From positions 50,030 to 114,029 of the forward strand of contig CAZKGM010000003.1 in assembly GCA_964552395.1 (NCBI GenBank): a stretch of 64,000 nt of DNA, read 5' to 3'. A model generated the notes under the pieces. It made no database searches. It was given only the letters and a program-made list of their open reading frames with translations, and was not told where the DNA came from. Position 1 is the stretch's first letter. Every line of letters starts with the position of its first letter. The position numbers were made by a program, and so were the translations under genes. Source of the DNA: an uncultured Thermoanaerobaculia bacterium (GTDB lineage Bacteria; Acidobacteriota; Thermoanaerobaculia; Thermoanaerobaculales; Sulfomarinibacteraceae). Below, piece by piece: positions 9,093-17,422 of this stretch.

Positions 9093-12000
9093 TCAGTTGC
9101 CGCCGATCCTCAGAATCTCGCCGAAGTCTCCGACGGCCCAGCACAGGTTGGAGCGCACGCAGTGCAACCCGAGAAGGCTCAGTCCCGTGGGGCTCGCCAC
9201 CGACGACCAGCTGGCGCCGCCATCCCCGGAGTGCACGATCGTGCCGCGATCTCCAACCGCCCAGCCGTTCGCCGCGGTAGGAAACGCGACATCGTGGAGA
9301 TCGCCGCTGACTCCCACGCCCCTGGCCGTCCAGGTCGTCCCGCCGTCCAGGGTGTGGAAGAACCCGCCTTCGCCGGCAATCCAGCCCTCCGAAGAGCTCG
9401 TGAAGACGACGTGCATCAGGTGCCAGGGGCAGCTGGTGTACCCACAGTCGAGCTCCTGTTGTGCCCAGCTCTTGCCGCCGTCTGCAGTGTGGATGATTGT
9501 GCCGAGCCCTCCGACCGCCCAGCCGTTCTGACTGTCCGCAAAGTGAAGCCCACCCTGAACGATGGCGAAGCCAATGGCCAGGCCGCCCTCGATTCCGGTA
9601 GGCACCCAGGCCCAGTGCGCACCCCCGTCCTCGGTCTTTGCGAGGAAGAGAGATTGTCCTCCGGAGGTGTCATCGTAATGACCCTTATCCAACGCCCAGC
9701 CGTGCTGGCCGTCGAGGAACTGGACGTCGAACAGCTCCGGTGCCAGGCCGTCCGCCAGCTCCTGACCTTGCTCCTCCCAGTGGAGGCCGCCGTCGGAGGT
9801 GTGGAGGATCGCCCCGTGAGATTTCCAGCCGGCCTCGTAGAACGTCTCCGAGCTTCCGGTCGCCCATCCGTGGAGAGCATCCACGAAGCTCACGGCGTCG
9901 AGCCGGAAGTAGCTGAACAGGTTGTCCATCGGCGGCGCCTTCTCGTACTGTTCCGCCCAGCTCGCACCGCCGTCCGAGGTGTGAAGGATGACCTGACCCC
10001 AGAGCTCCGGGGCGAAAGTCCTCCGTCCCACCGCCCAGCCGTTGTATTGATCGATGAAGAAGACGTCCTCGAGTTTGTAGTGAGCGCTGATGTACGCCTG
10101 CTTGAAGAGGTTGTCGCCGTGCGGCCAGCCATACTCCCCCCACGCGTCCTCGGATCGCACAACATAGTCATGATCTCCCACCGCGATGGCGCGGTCGCCG
10201 GTGAGGGCGAGGCCGAACAGGCCCTCGCTGTCGTGGCGCTCTTGAATGACCTTCTCCCAGGTTGTGCCACCGTCTACTGTACGGAACACCGGCGGGCCCC
10301 ATGCCGCGATGTAGTTGGCGCCCATGATGTAGGCTCGGTTGGCATCGATCGCCTCGACATCCCACAGCAGGTCGAAGAAGTGGCCAGGATCCTGCCGCTC
10401 CCAGGTCGATCCTCCGTCCGTGGTGTGGAAAGTCGCGCCGCCGATTTCTCCCGAGCTGGTCACGAATCCCACCGCCCAACCGTGTTCGACGTCGACGAAG
10501 TCAACATCCGTCAACGAGACCGGGAGATCCGGGGCATACTGCTCGGCCCACGTCGCGCCGCCGTCGGTCGTGTGGTAGACAACCATCCGGTGCTCCGGCC
10601 AGGGGTCGTCACCGACATACCGGGCCCCGACCGCCCAACCGGTCTTGGTGTCGATGAACTGCACTCCGTGCAGGATGCTGGCGCCGGCGGGCAGGCTCTG
10701 CTCGTTCCATGTCTGCCCCCCGTCGTCGGTGTGCCAGACGCTCGCCTCCCAGTTGTCCTCATCACCTACGAAGTCCCAGTGCGTCGGTCGAACGGCTGTG
10801 ATCCACCCATGCTCGTCATCGGGAAACGAGACGGCCCGCAGGCCATCTGTCGTGGCGATGGTCTGACGGGTCCAGGAGCCACCACCGTTCGAGGTGTGCA
10901 GGATGAGCCCACCCCCACCCACTGCCCAGCCGTTGTTCTGTCCGACGAAGACCACTGCGTTGAGGCCGGCAGTCTGGCCGACGGCGTGTTCACTCCAGCT
11001 CGCGCCGCCGTCATCGGTCTTGAGAAGCGTCGTCACGTACTGCTTCTCCGCCGGATCCCAGTGTGCCTCACCCACCGCCCAACCCGTAGTCGAGCTCAGC
11101 ATGTCCACGTCGCGCAGGTAGTACGAAACCTCCTCGAACTGCCTGGTCACCGTGAGCGCTCCAGCCGGCTGCAGCTCCGGCATGAAGACCGGATCTCCGG
11201 TCCGATTGTCGATGACCGAGGCGTAGGCGAAGAAGGCCCCCGCCGATGTGTTGGTGGTGAGCACGGCGTAGCCGTCCTCAACGGCGGCCGAGGTCACCGT
11301 ACGGAAGACCCGATCGAGCTGCCGGAACTCCAGCGGCCGCAAGGCCGTACGGCTGGAGGGAACTCTCCCCAGCAGGGCCCCTGAGCCGTCGTACAGATCG
11401 ACGGCAATCTGCAGTGGCGCCGCGGTGGCGTTGACGATGCCGATGTTGGTCCGGAAGCCGGTGCTCGACGCGGTGCTTTCCCGCAGCTGGATCAGGCGCA
11501 CCGCCACGCCGGCCGGGATCGCCGCCGCTGTGGCTCGGCCCGGCACGAGCTGACCATAGGTGCCGTCCGCGGTTTCGTTGTAGGTCCGACTGCTCAGCTG
11601 AAGAGGACAGCCCGACGGGGTCACCCTGAGAGCGGCTGCGCCGGAGAACGCGAACATCGACGCCAACACGTCTTTGTAGCGGACGGCCAGTCCGGGGTCG
11701 AGCTGGAAGCTCCTGGAATCCGGCAACGAGTTGTCCTGGTCCCGAGCGAGCAGCTCGATCGTGTAGGCGCACTGGGCGGGCCCAGGGTTGAGGAGCTCGA
11801 GATCCGTCCGCCAGCTCGTGCCGCCGGCACCAGTGACGTGTGCCGCGGCCGGAATCACCAGGCTGCCACCCGCAGGCGTTCGCAGGGCGGGCAGGAAAAC
11901 CGGATCGCCGGTGCGATTATCGATCACCGAGGCGTAGGCAAGAAAACGCTCCGACCCTCCCGTGAACTGTGCCTCCACCACGGCGTAGCCATCGGAAACC

Positions 12001-12761
12001 TCCTGAGAAGTCACCCTCCGGAAAATCTTGTCGAGCTGCTCGAACTCGTAGGGATCGAGCCAGGTGGTCACGGTCCCCAGCTCGGTGCCGCCCGAGTCAA
12101 ACAGCCGCACCTTCATGAGGAGGGTCCCTTCGCTCAGATTCAGCAGGCCGATATTGGTCCGGAAGCCTTGTGTTTCCGAGGTGCTTTGCGAGAGCTGGAT
12201 CAGATATGCCGGATCTTGACGCGTGAACGCCTCACTCTCGGCAAAGGCCGGCACGAGCTGGCCGTAGGTCCCCTGCGGCTGGTCGTTGAAGGTCCTGCTG
12301 GTCACCAGCGGATCGCCGCCACTCGTGGTCAGCCGGAGGGCTGCCGCCCCGGAGAAGGAGAACAGGCTCTGAAGGACGTCATCATAGCGCGCACTCCTCC
12401 CCGCACCCACGCTGATCGTCGTACTCCTTGGGCTCGAGTTGTCATGATCGCGTTCAAGCAGTGCAACCGTGATGGAGACATCACTGACGCCCGGGTTGTG
12501 GAGTTCAAGGTCGGTGCGCCAGTTCGTGCCGACCGCTCCCGAAAGGTGGGCGCTGGCCGGTATATAGAGCGTGCTCCCTGCTGCCAGGCGCACCGCCGCG
12601 GCGGAAGCCGCTGTTTGCCCTTGGCTCCCATCCGGACGAATACGCTGAGTCGTTGGATCGAACCCGTAGGCCTTCGTTGCAGCGAATGCCTGGACCACCG
12701 CCAGCATCAGCAGCAGCGCCACCTCGACCACACTCAAGCACGATCGGCAAAGATGAGCCAT
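9093..12761 (-). CDS. Large secreted protein: two tandem YASVIDNRTGDP domains plus YCF48/BNR-like beta-propeller repeats
   Basis: Signal peptide (VQAFA). Two ~240 aa repeats run from WRTDLEL to YASVIDNRTGDPVF. Many [T/S]xDGGxxW / GWAVG blades follow. Confidence 0.85.
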   Translation of the reverse strand: MAHLCRSCLSVVEVALLLMLAVVQAFAATKAYGFDPTTQRIRPDGSQGQTAASAAAVRLAAGSTLYIPASAHLSGAVGTNWRTDLELHNPGVSDVSITVALLERDHDNSSPRSTTISVGAGRSARYDDVLQSLFSFSGAAALRLTTSGGDPLVTSRTFNDQPQGTYGQLVPAFAESEAFTRQDPAYLIQLSQSTSETQGFRTNIGLLNLSEGTLLMKVRLFDSGGTELGTVTTWLDPYEFEQLDKIFRRVTSQEVSDGYAVVEAQFTGGSERFLAYASVIDNRTGDPVFLPALRTPAGGSLVIPAAAHVTGAGGTSWRTDLELLNPGPAQCAYTIELLARDQDNSLPDSRSFQLDPGLAVRYKDVLASMFAFSGAAALRVTPSGCPLQLSSRTYNETADGTYGQLVPGRATAAAIPAGVAVRLIQLRESTASSTGFRTNIGIVNATAAPLQIAVDLYDGSGALLGRVPSSRTALRPLEFRQLDRVFRTVTSAAVEDGYAVLTTNTSAGAFFAYASVIDNRTGDPVFMPELQPAGALTVTRQFEEVSYYLRDVDMLSSTTGWAVGEAHWDPAEKQYVTTLLKTDDGGASWSEHAVGQTAGLNAVVFVGQNNGWAVGGGGLILHTSNGGGSWTRQTIATTDGLRAVSFPDDEHGWITAVRPTHWDFVGDEDNWEASVWHTDDGGQTWNEQSLPAGASILHGVQFIDTKTGWAVGARYVGDDPWPEHRMVVYHTTDGGATWAEQYAPDLPVSLTDVDFVDVEHGWAVGFVTSSGEIGGATFHTTDGGSTWERQDPGHFFDLLWDVEAIDANRAYIMGANYIAAWGPPVFRTVDGGTTWEKVIQERHDSEGLFGLALTGDRAIAVGDHDYVVRSEDAWGEYGWPHGDNLFKQAYISAHYKLEDVFFIDQYNGWAVGRRTFAPELWGQVILHTSDGGASWAEQYEKAPPMDNLFSYFRLDAVSFVDALHGWATGSSETFYEAGWKSHGAILHTSDGGLHWEEQGQELADGLAPELFDVQFLDGQHGWALDKGHYDDTSGGQSLFLAKTEDGGAHWAWVPTGIEGGLAIGFAIVQGGLHFADSQNGWAVGGLGTIIHTADGGKSWAQQELDCGYTSCPWHLMHVVFTSSSEGWIAGEGGFFHTLDGGTTWTARGVGVSGDLHDVAFPTAANGWAVGDRGTIVHSGDGGASWSSVASPTGLSLLGLHCVRSNLCWAVGDFGEILRIGGN

Positions 12762-12784
12762 CTCGCACCTCCGGCCACCACCTC

Positions 12785-12800
12785 AGCAAGAGGAGTGCCA
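12785..12800 (-). promoter_or_regulatory. sigma54 (-24/-12) promoter of the large secreted protein
   Basis: Reverse complement TGGCAC-TCCTC-TTGCT matches the consensus, followed by a GGAGG RBS and ATG at 12761. Confidence 0.85.
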
Positions 12801-12888
12801 CATGGCCGGCGGATCACAACTTCCAGTCTTTCAGGATGATCCAACACCGGGTCCCGGAGGAAGCGTCCTTCTGCATAGCCACAGCCAG

Positions 12889-12918
12889 GTCCCGAGATAC
12901 CCTCACGGGTATCGGGAC
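12889..12918. promoter_or_regulatory. Inverted repeat: candidate enhancer site, or terminator of the kinase gene
   Basis: GTCCCGAGATACCC-TCAC-GGGTATCGGGAC, about 90-120 bp upstream of the sigma54 motif and 24 bp past the kinase stop. Confidence 0.45.
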
Positions 12919-12941
12919 GGTCGGCCGCCCCCTATGTCGGA

Positions 12942-15383
12942 TCAGTCTCCGGAACCGTTCAGGCGCGCCATGAGCTCTGCAATACAACCGCAGACCACGC
13001 CTTCCGTGGGACGACCCTCCGGGTTCTTGGCCATCATGCTGAGGATCAGCTGATCGAGCTCGGGACCGATCTCCGGCCGGTAGCGGATCGGCGCCACCGG
13101 CTCGACGTCGAGGATCTGCTTGATCACCTCTACCGGCGTATTGCCGGGGAACGCTTGCCGCCTGGTGAGGAGCTCGTAGCCGATGACGCCGAGGGCGTAC
13201 AGGTCGCTGGCGGGAGAAGACCTCTGCTCGGTGATCAGCTCCGGTGCGAGGTAGCCGATCGTGCCCACCAGCATCCCGGTCTGCGTGAGCCGCGTCAGCG
13301 ACTGCGTGCGGGCGAGCCCGAAGTCGAGGAGCTTGACAAAGCGCACGTCACCATCCCGCTGGACCAGAAACACGTTTTCCGGCTTGAGGTCGCGGTGGAG
13401 GATCCCCTTGTCGTGCAGGCGCGAGACGGTATCGATGAGCTGGCCCAAGATGTACAGCGCATCGGCCACCGGGACCAACCGCGGCTCGGAAATGAGCTCG
13501 GCAAGCGACCGCCCGTCGAGGAGCTCCATCGCCATGAACAGGCGGCCGTCGTGCTCTCCTCTTTCGTGAACCCGGACGACATGTGGGTCATCAAGCTGGT
13601 CGATGACGGCAGCCTCGTGGAGGAACCGTCGGCGCACGGTTTCGTCTGCAGCCAGCTCATCCCGAATCACCTTGAGCGCGAACCGGCGCGAGCCATCTGC
13701 GACATCCTGGGCAAGGTAGACGACCCCCATGCCACCGCTGGCGATGCGGTCTAGGATCCGGTAGTGCCCGATGTGGCTGCTCCGCCTCCAGAAACCGAGA
13801 AGTGAACGGTACCTGTAGCCCAACCAGCCCAAGACCAGGAGCGCCACGCCGAGCCCGGCGAACATGAGGTTGGCGCGCAGCCTGGCGCGGCTCGACAGCA
13901 GGCGCTCGAGCTCGTTCTCTTTGGCCAAGAGATCGATCTCCCGCTGCTTCTTCTCGGCCTGGAACCGAGCCTCGAGCTCTTGCACGCGACGGTTGGAGCG
14001 CTCGTTGAGCTTGGTCTCGCGGGCCGTTGCGGCCTTCTTGTACGCCCTGAGCGCTCCACGGTAGTCACCGAGGCCCACTCGGATTCGAGACAGAATGCCG
14101 CCAGCCTCGCTGAGTCGGTCCGGGTCGGTGATCTCCTCCGCGAGGCGAACGGCGCGCTCGAGGTAGGGCAGCGCCTCTCGACTCCTGCCCATCCCGTCGA
14201 GCGTCTCGCCAATGTTCTGCGAGGCGCGGGCGATTCCGTCCTTAACGGCCAAGCGCTCCCACACGGTCAGCGCCTGCCGGTGAAAGGAGAGCGCGGTGGC
14301 GAGCTGACCCCGGTTCCGGTTGACGACTCCGAGGTTGTCCAGAGCAGCCGCAATGTCCCACTGGCTCGCTTGCTCCCTGGCCAAGGCGAGCGCCGCGCGG
14401 TACTCCGCCTCTGCCTCGGAATACCGTTTCTGGAGCTGGTAGATATTGCCGATGTTGCCGTGGGCACCGCCCACCCCCGAGCCGTTGCCGATTCTCTGGT
14501 AGAGCTCCATCGCGCGCCGAAAGTACTTCAGTGCATGGTCGAGCTGCCCCATATCCTGGAAGATGTTGCCGATGTTGGCCGAAGAGGCAGCAACACCCAG
14601 GTCATTGCCGGCCGCCTCGTCCATCTTGAGTGAGGCCAGCAGCTTCTCGAGCGCCCCATCGTAGTCGCCCATCTGGTACAGAGCGATCCCGATGTTGTTC
14701 AAGGCCTTGGAAACCCCGCGCTGATTCCCGAGCTTGGTCTCAATCTCGAGCTCTTCGGAGTGGATCTCGTACGCCTTGGCAAAGTCGCCGCGGTCGTAAT
14801 GAACGTTGGCGAGATTGCCGAGGGTTCGGGCGACGCCCTTCGAGTTTCCCAGCTCCCGGTCGATGGCGAGGCTGCGCTCGTAGAGCTTGAGGGCTTGGTC
14901 GTAGTCGCCCATCATGCGGTGGCAGACGCCCATCACGTTGAGTGAGCTCGCCATCCCCTTGCGGTTGCCGGTCCCCTCGTACAGGGCCAGCGCCCGGGTC
15001 GCGTGCTCAAGCGAAACTTGATGGTTGCCGCCGACGCTCTCTGAGACCGCCAGGTTGCGTTCCGCCGCAGCCTCACCCAGACGATCTTCGAGCTTGCGTG
15101 CGAGCGCGAGCGCCTCGAGGCCGTAGCGTCGACCGGTCTCTACCGATGCGAAGCTGGTCCGGTACGCAAGCTCGTTGAGGATCCCAAGCCGCTCGGCGCC
15201 CGCAGCCTTCGCCAGGCGACTTTCGAGCTCGGCCACCGACGGTTCATCGGCGGCGACCCCCGGTGCCGCTATGCAGAAGGTCATTACCAGCGCGATCAAG
15301 GCCGCTCGTGAGAGTGCCCGTGTCGATACCACCCGCAAGCGAGATCGACACGCTGATGACGACGTTCTCGCAGTATCCCGCAT
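12942..15383 (-). CDS. Membrane Ser/Thr protein kinase with extracytoplasmic TPR domain
   Basis: Signal-like N-terminus, multiple TPR helices, one TM, then GGMGVVY, ALK, HRDLKPEN, DFG and GTIGYLAPE. Start is uncertain. Confidence 0.9.
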   Translation of the reverse strand: MRDTARTSSSACRSRLRVVSTRALSRAALIALVMTFCIAAPGVAADEPSVAELESRLAKAAGAERLGILNELAYRTSFASVETGRRYGLEALALARKLEDRLGEAAAERNLAVSESVGGNHQVSLEHATRALALYEGTGNRKGMASSLNVMGVCHRMMGDYDQALKLYERSLAIDRELGNSKGVARTLGNLANVHYDRGDFAKAYEIHSEELEIETKLGNQRGVSKALNNIGIALYQMGDYDGALEKLLASLKMDEAAGNDLGVAASSANIGNIFQDMGQLDHALKYFRRAMELYQRIGNGSGVGGAHGNIGNIYQLQKRYSEAEAEYRAALALAREQASQWDIAAALDNLGVVNRNRGQLATALSFHRQALTVWERLAVKDGIARASQNIGETLDGMGRSREALPYLERAVRLAEEITDPDRLSEAGGILSRIRVGLGDYRGALRAYKKAATARETKLNERSNRRVQELEARFQAEKKQREIDLLAKENELERLLSSRARLRANLMFAGLGVALLVLGWLGYRYRSLLGFWRRSSHIGHYRILDRIASGGMGVVYLAQDVADGSRRFALKVIRDELAADETVRRRFLHEAAVIDQLDDPHVVRVHERGEHDGRLFMAMELLDGRSLAELISEPRLVPVADALYILGQLIDTVSRLHDKGILHRDLKPENVFLVQRDGDVRFVKLLDFGLARTQSLTRLTQTGMLVGTIGYLAPELITEQRSSPASDLYALGVIGYELLTRRQAFPGNTPVEVIKQILDVEPVAPIRYRPEIGPELDQLILSMMAKNPEGRPTEGVVCGCIAELMARLNGSGD

Positions 15384-15509
15384 GTTTCGTTTCCGGACCA
15401 GTGAAGTGTACCAGGCCCTCGGTCAGCGATGTGACTTGCACGCGAGATCCTCGGGAGGCGGATGATCTGCGTCACAGCGCCCCACTTCGGATCGTCCTGT
15501 ACGGACCCG

Positions 15510-16931
15510 CTACCACCGCCCCTTTGCCGGGCGCACGCCGTACTTGTGGAGGGCGGCAACGAAGCGCGGGTACTCGCCCGGCTCGATGTTGAGGGCGGCC
15601 GCGAGCTGCTTCAGGCTGCTCCCGTTGCGGGCGTGATGGCGTTCCAGAAACAGGCGCAGCTGGCGCCGGTTGAGCTCACGATCCAGGAAGGCCCGCCACG
15701 CCGTGTCCCAGAAGCTGGCGCCCGACCCGATAGCGGCCTCCAGCTCGGACAGTACGGCCTCCGCATCCACCACTTCCACGGCTCCACGACCGATCACGGT
15801 TTCCAGCTCCCGCCCAATCTCCGAACCCTCGAGCTGGATTCCGGCGCGCTTGAGCACCTGGATCAGCTCGCGGACATTGCCCGGCCAGTCGTGGGCGAGG
15901 GCGACCTCCCAGAACCCGCTGCCCGGACGCTTCCCCCGCAAGAGGTCAAGGTGCTGCTCGACTAGGGCCTTAATGTCCTCGGGTCGTCCGCGCAGGGGAG
16001 GAATCGTGATTGGCAGCACGCCCAGCCGATAGTACAGGTCCGCCCGCAGACCGGCAGCCTCGGGTCCGGCATCGAGCGCGCGGTTGCTGGCTGCGAGGAT
16101 CCGCACATCTGCCGTCTGCTCGCGCGCCTCACCCACCCTCCGGTAGCGACGGCTGTCCACGAGCTCCAGCAGCTTGGCCTGGAACTGGCGCGGGACCTCG
16201 CTGACCTCGTCCAGCAGCAGGCTCCCGCCCTCCGCCTCCGCCACCAGACCATCCCGACCACGATCGGCACCTGTGAACGCCCCCCGGACATGTCCGAACA
16301 TCTCCCTCTCGAATAGGGTTTCCGGGATCGATGGCACGTGCACGGACACGAGACGGCCACGGCGGCCAGAGTGGCGGTGGATCAGCCCTGCAAGGTAGGT
16401 CTTGCCGACGCCGGTTTCGCCGAGCAGCAGCACCGGATCCTCCTCCAGGGCATAGCGCGCGACCAGCTCGCGCACGTGGACCATGGCCTCACTGGTGCCG
16501 GCAATGCCGGCCGGACCGTCACCGGCGCCCGCAATGGTGGCGAGAGTGTCCCCCAGCAGCTCACCGAGGGCACGGATGACTTCTCTATCCGAACGGTCGA
16601 AGGCGTCTTTGGAGCCGCTATCGACGTAAAGAAACAGGTCGCCGCCAATCGGCAGGACAAGCAGGCTCCGAATGAAGAGGGCCTGGGCCGACGCCGGCAG
16701 GGCACGCTCCTCTGCGAGATCGACTACATCCTCTCGCTCGAGGGCGGCGCCGTCCGTCAGGGTGCGACGGATGGCACTGTGCGGAAACCCGGAGCCGGTG
16801 TCGATTGTCTCGCCGCTCACCCTCCTCCCGCAGTGCCAGAGGATCCGGCCGTCCCTGCCGTACACCATCGCGAGCGACACATCCCGCCCCTCGAGCAGAT
16901 GCCACAAGCGGTTCTTGATGGCCTGAATCAT
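15510..16931 (-). CDS. sigma54-dependent transcriptional activator (bEBP) with GAF-like N-terminus
   Basis: Walker A GETGVGKT, GAFTGA, LLLDEV, ADLYYRL, WPGNVREL; C-terminal HTH-like region; no receiver domain. Confidence 0.9.
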   Translation of the reverse strand: MIQAIKNRLWHLLEGRDVSLAMVYGRDGRILWHCGRRVSGETIDTGSGFPHSAIRRTLTDGAALEREDVVDLAEERALPASAQALFIRSLLVLPIGGDLFLYVDSGSKDAFDRSDREVIRALGELLGDTLATIAGAGDGPAGIAGTSEAMVHVRELVARYALEEDPVLLLGETGVGKTYLAGLIHRHSGRRGRLVSVHVPSIPETLFEREMFGHVRGAFTGADRGRDGLVAEAEGGSLLLDEVSEVPRQFQAKLLELVDSRRYRRVGEAREQTADVRILAASNRALDAGPEAAGLRADLYYRLGVLPITIPPLRGRPEDIKALVEQHLDLLRGKRPGSGFWEVALAHDWPGNVRELIQVLKRAGIQLEGSEIGRELETVIGRGAVEVVDAEAVLSELEAAIGSGASFWDTAWRAFLDRELNRRQLRLFLERHHARNGSSLKQLAAALNIEPGEYPRFVAALHKYGVRPAKGRW

Positions 16932-17072
16932 CCAATGGACTCCAGCATCGTCGCTACTTCCGGAGCGTTCACCGGGATTCTACATTACGCGACGCAAACC
17001 GTCCCGCGCCCGGCCCCTTGACGGTCATTCCGAACTCGCGGCGGCCGTTCCCGGGCGTGCCAAGCCGCGCCC

Positions 17073-17144
17073 TTACTCCGAGGGCCGTGCTCCGACGATG
17101 GCGACCGGGTCGCCGGACGGGTTGGCGATCACCGAGGCGTAGGC
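17073..17144 (-). pseudogene. Relic 3' end of a YASVIDNxxGDP-family gene
   Basis: Reads AYASVIANPSGDPVAIVGARPSE-stop. DNA CGATCACCGAGGCGTAGGC also occurs near 11922 in the large secreted gene. Confidence 0.65.
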
Positions 17145-17265
17145 AGCGGAGCGTTGTCCTCTGCATTTCGACTGACACGGCAGCCACCCCTCAATAGCCC
17201 GGCCCCTGCGTACCCCTTGAGTCAGGTTGTCTCCACGCACGCATGATCCCGGTTGGACAACAACT

Positions 17266-17408
17266 GAAGCGCCAAGGCGCGAAGAACGCGAAGATAAGAA
17301 AGGGAATATCTGCTTAGCGAGCTTGGCGTACTTGGCGGCTTGGCGGTTCGCAATCAAGCCTCATCGACACTCGAAACGGGTAAGAACGAACCTGAACGAA
17401 GGAGACAG
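17266..17408. repeat. Dispersed ~145 bp REP-like element, copy 1
   Basis: Imperfect palindrome (CGCCAAG/CGCGAAG...CTTGGCG triplets) plus tail AATCAAGCC.CATCGAC...AACCTGA.CGAAGGAGACAG, shared with 62954-63103. Confidence 0.8.
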
Positions 17409-17422
17409 GCCGGGGCCGGCCT

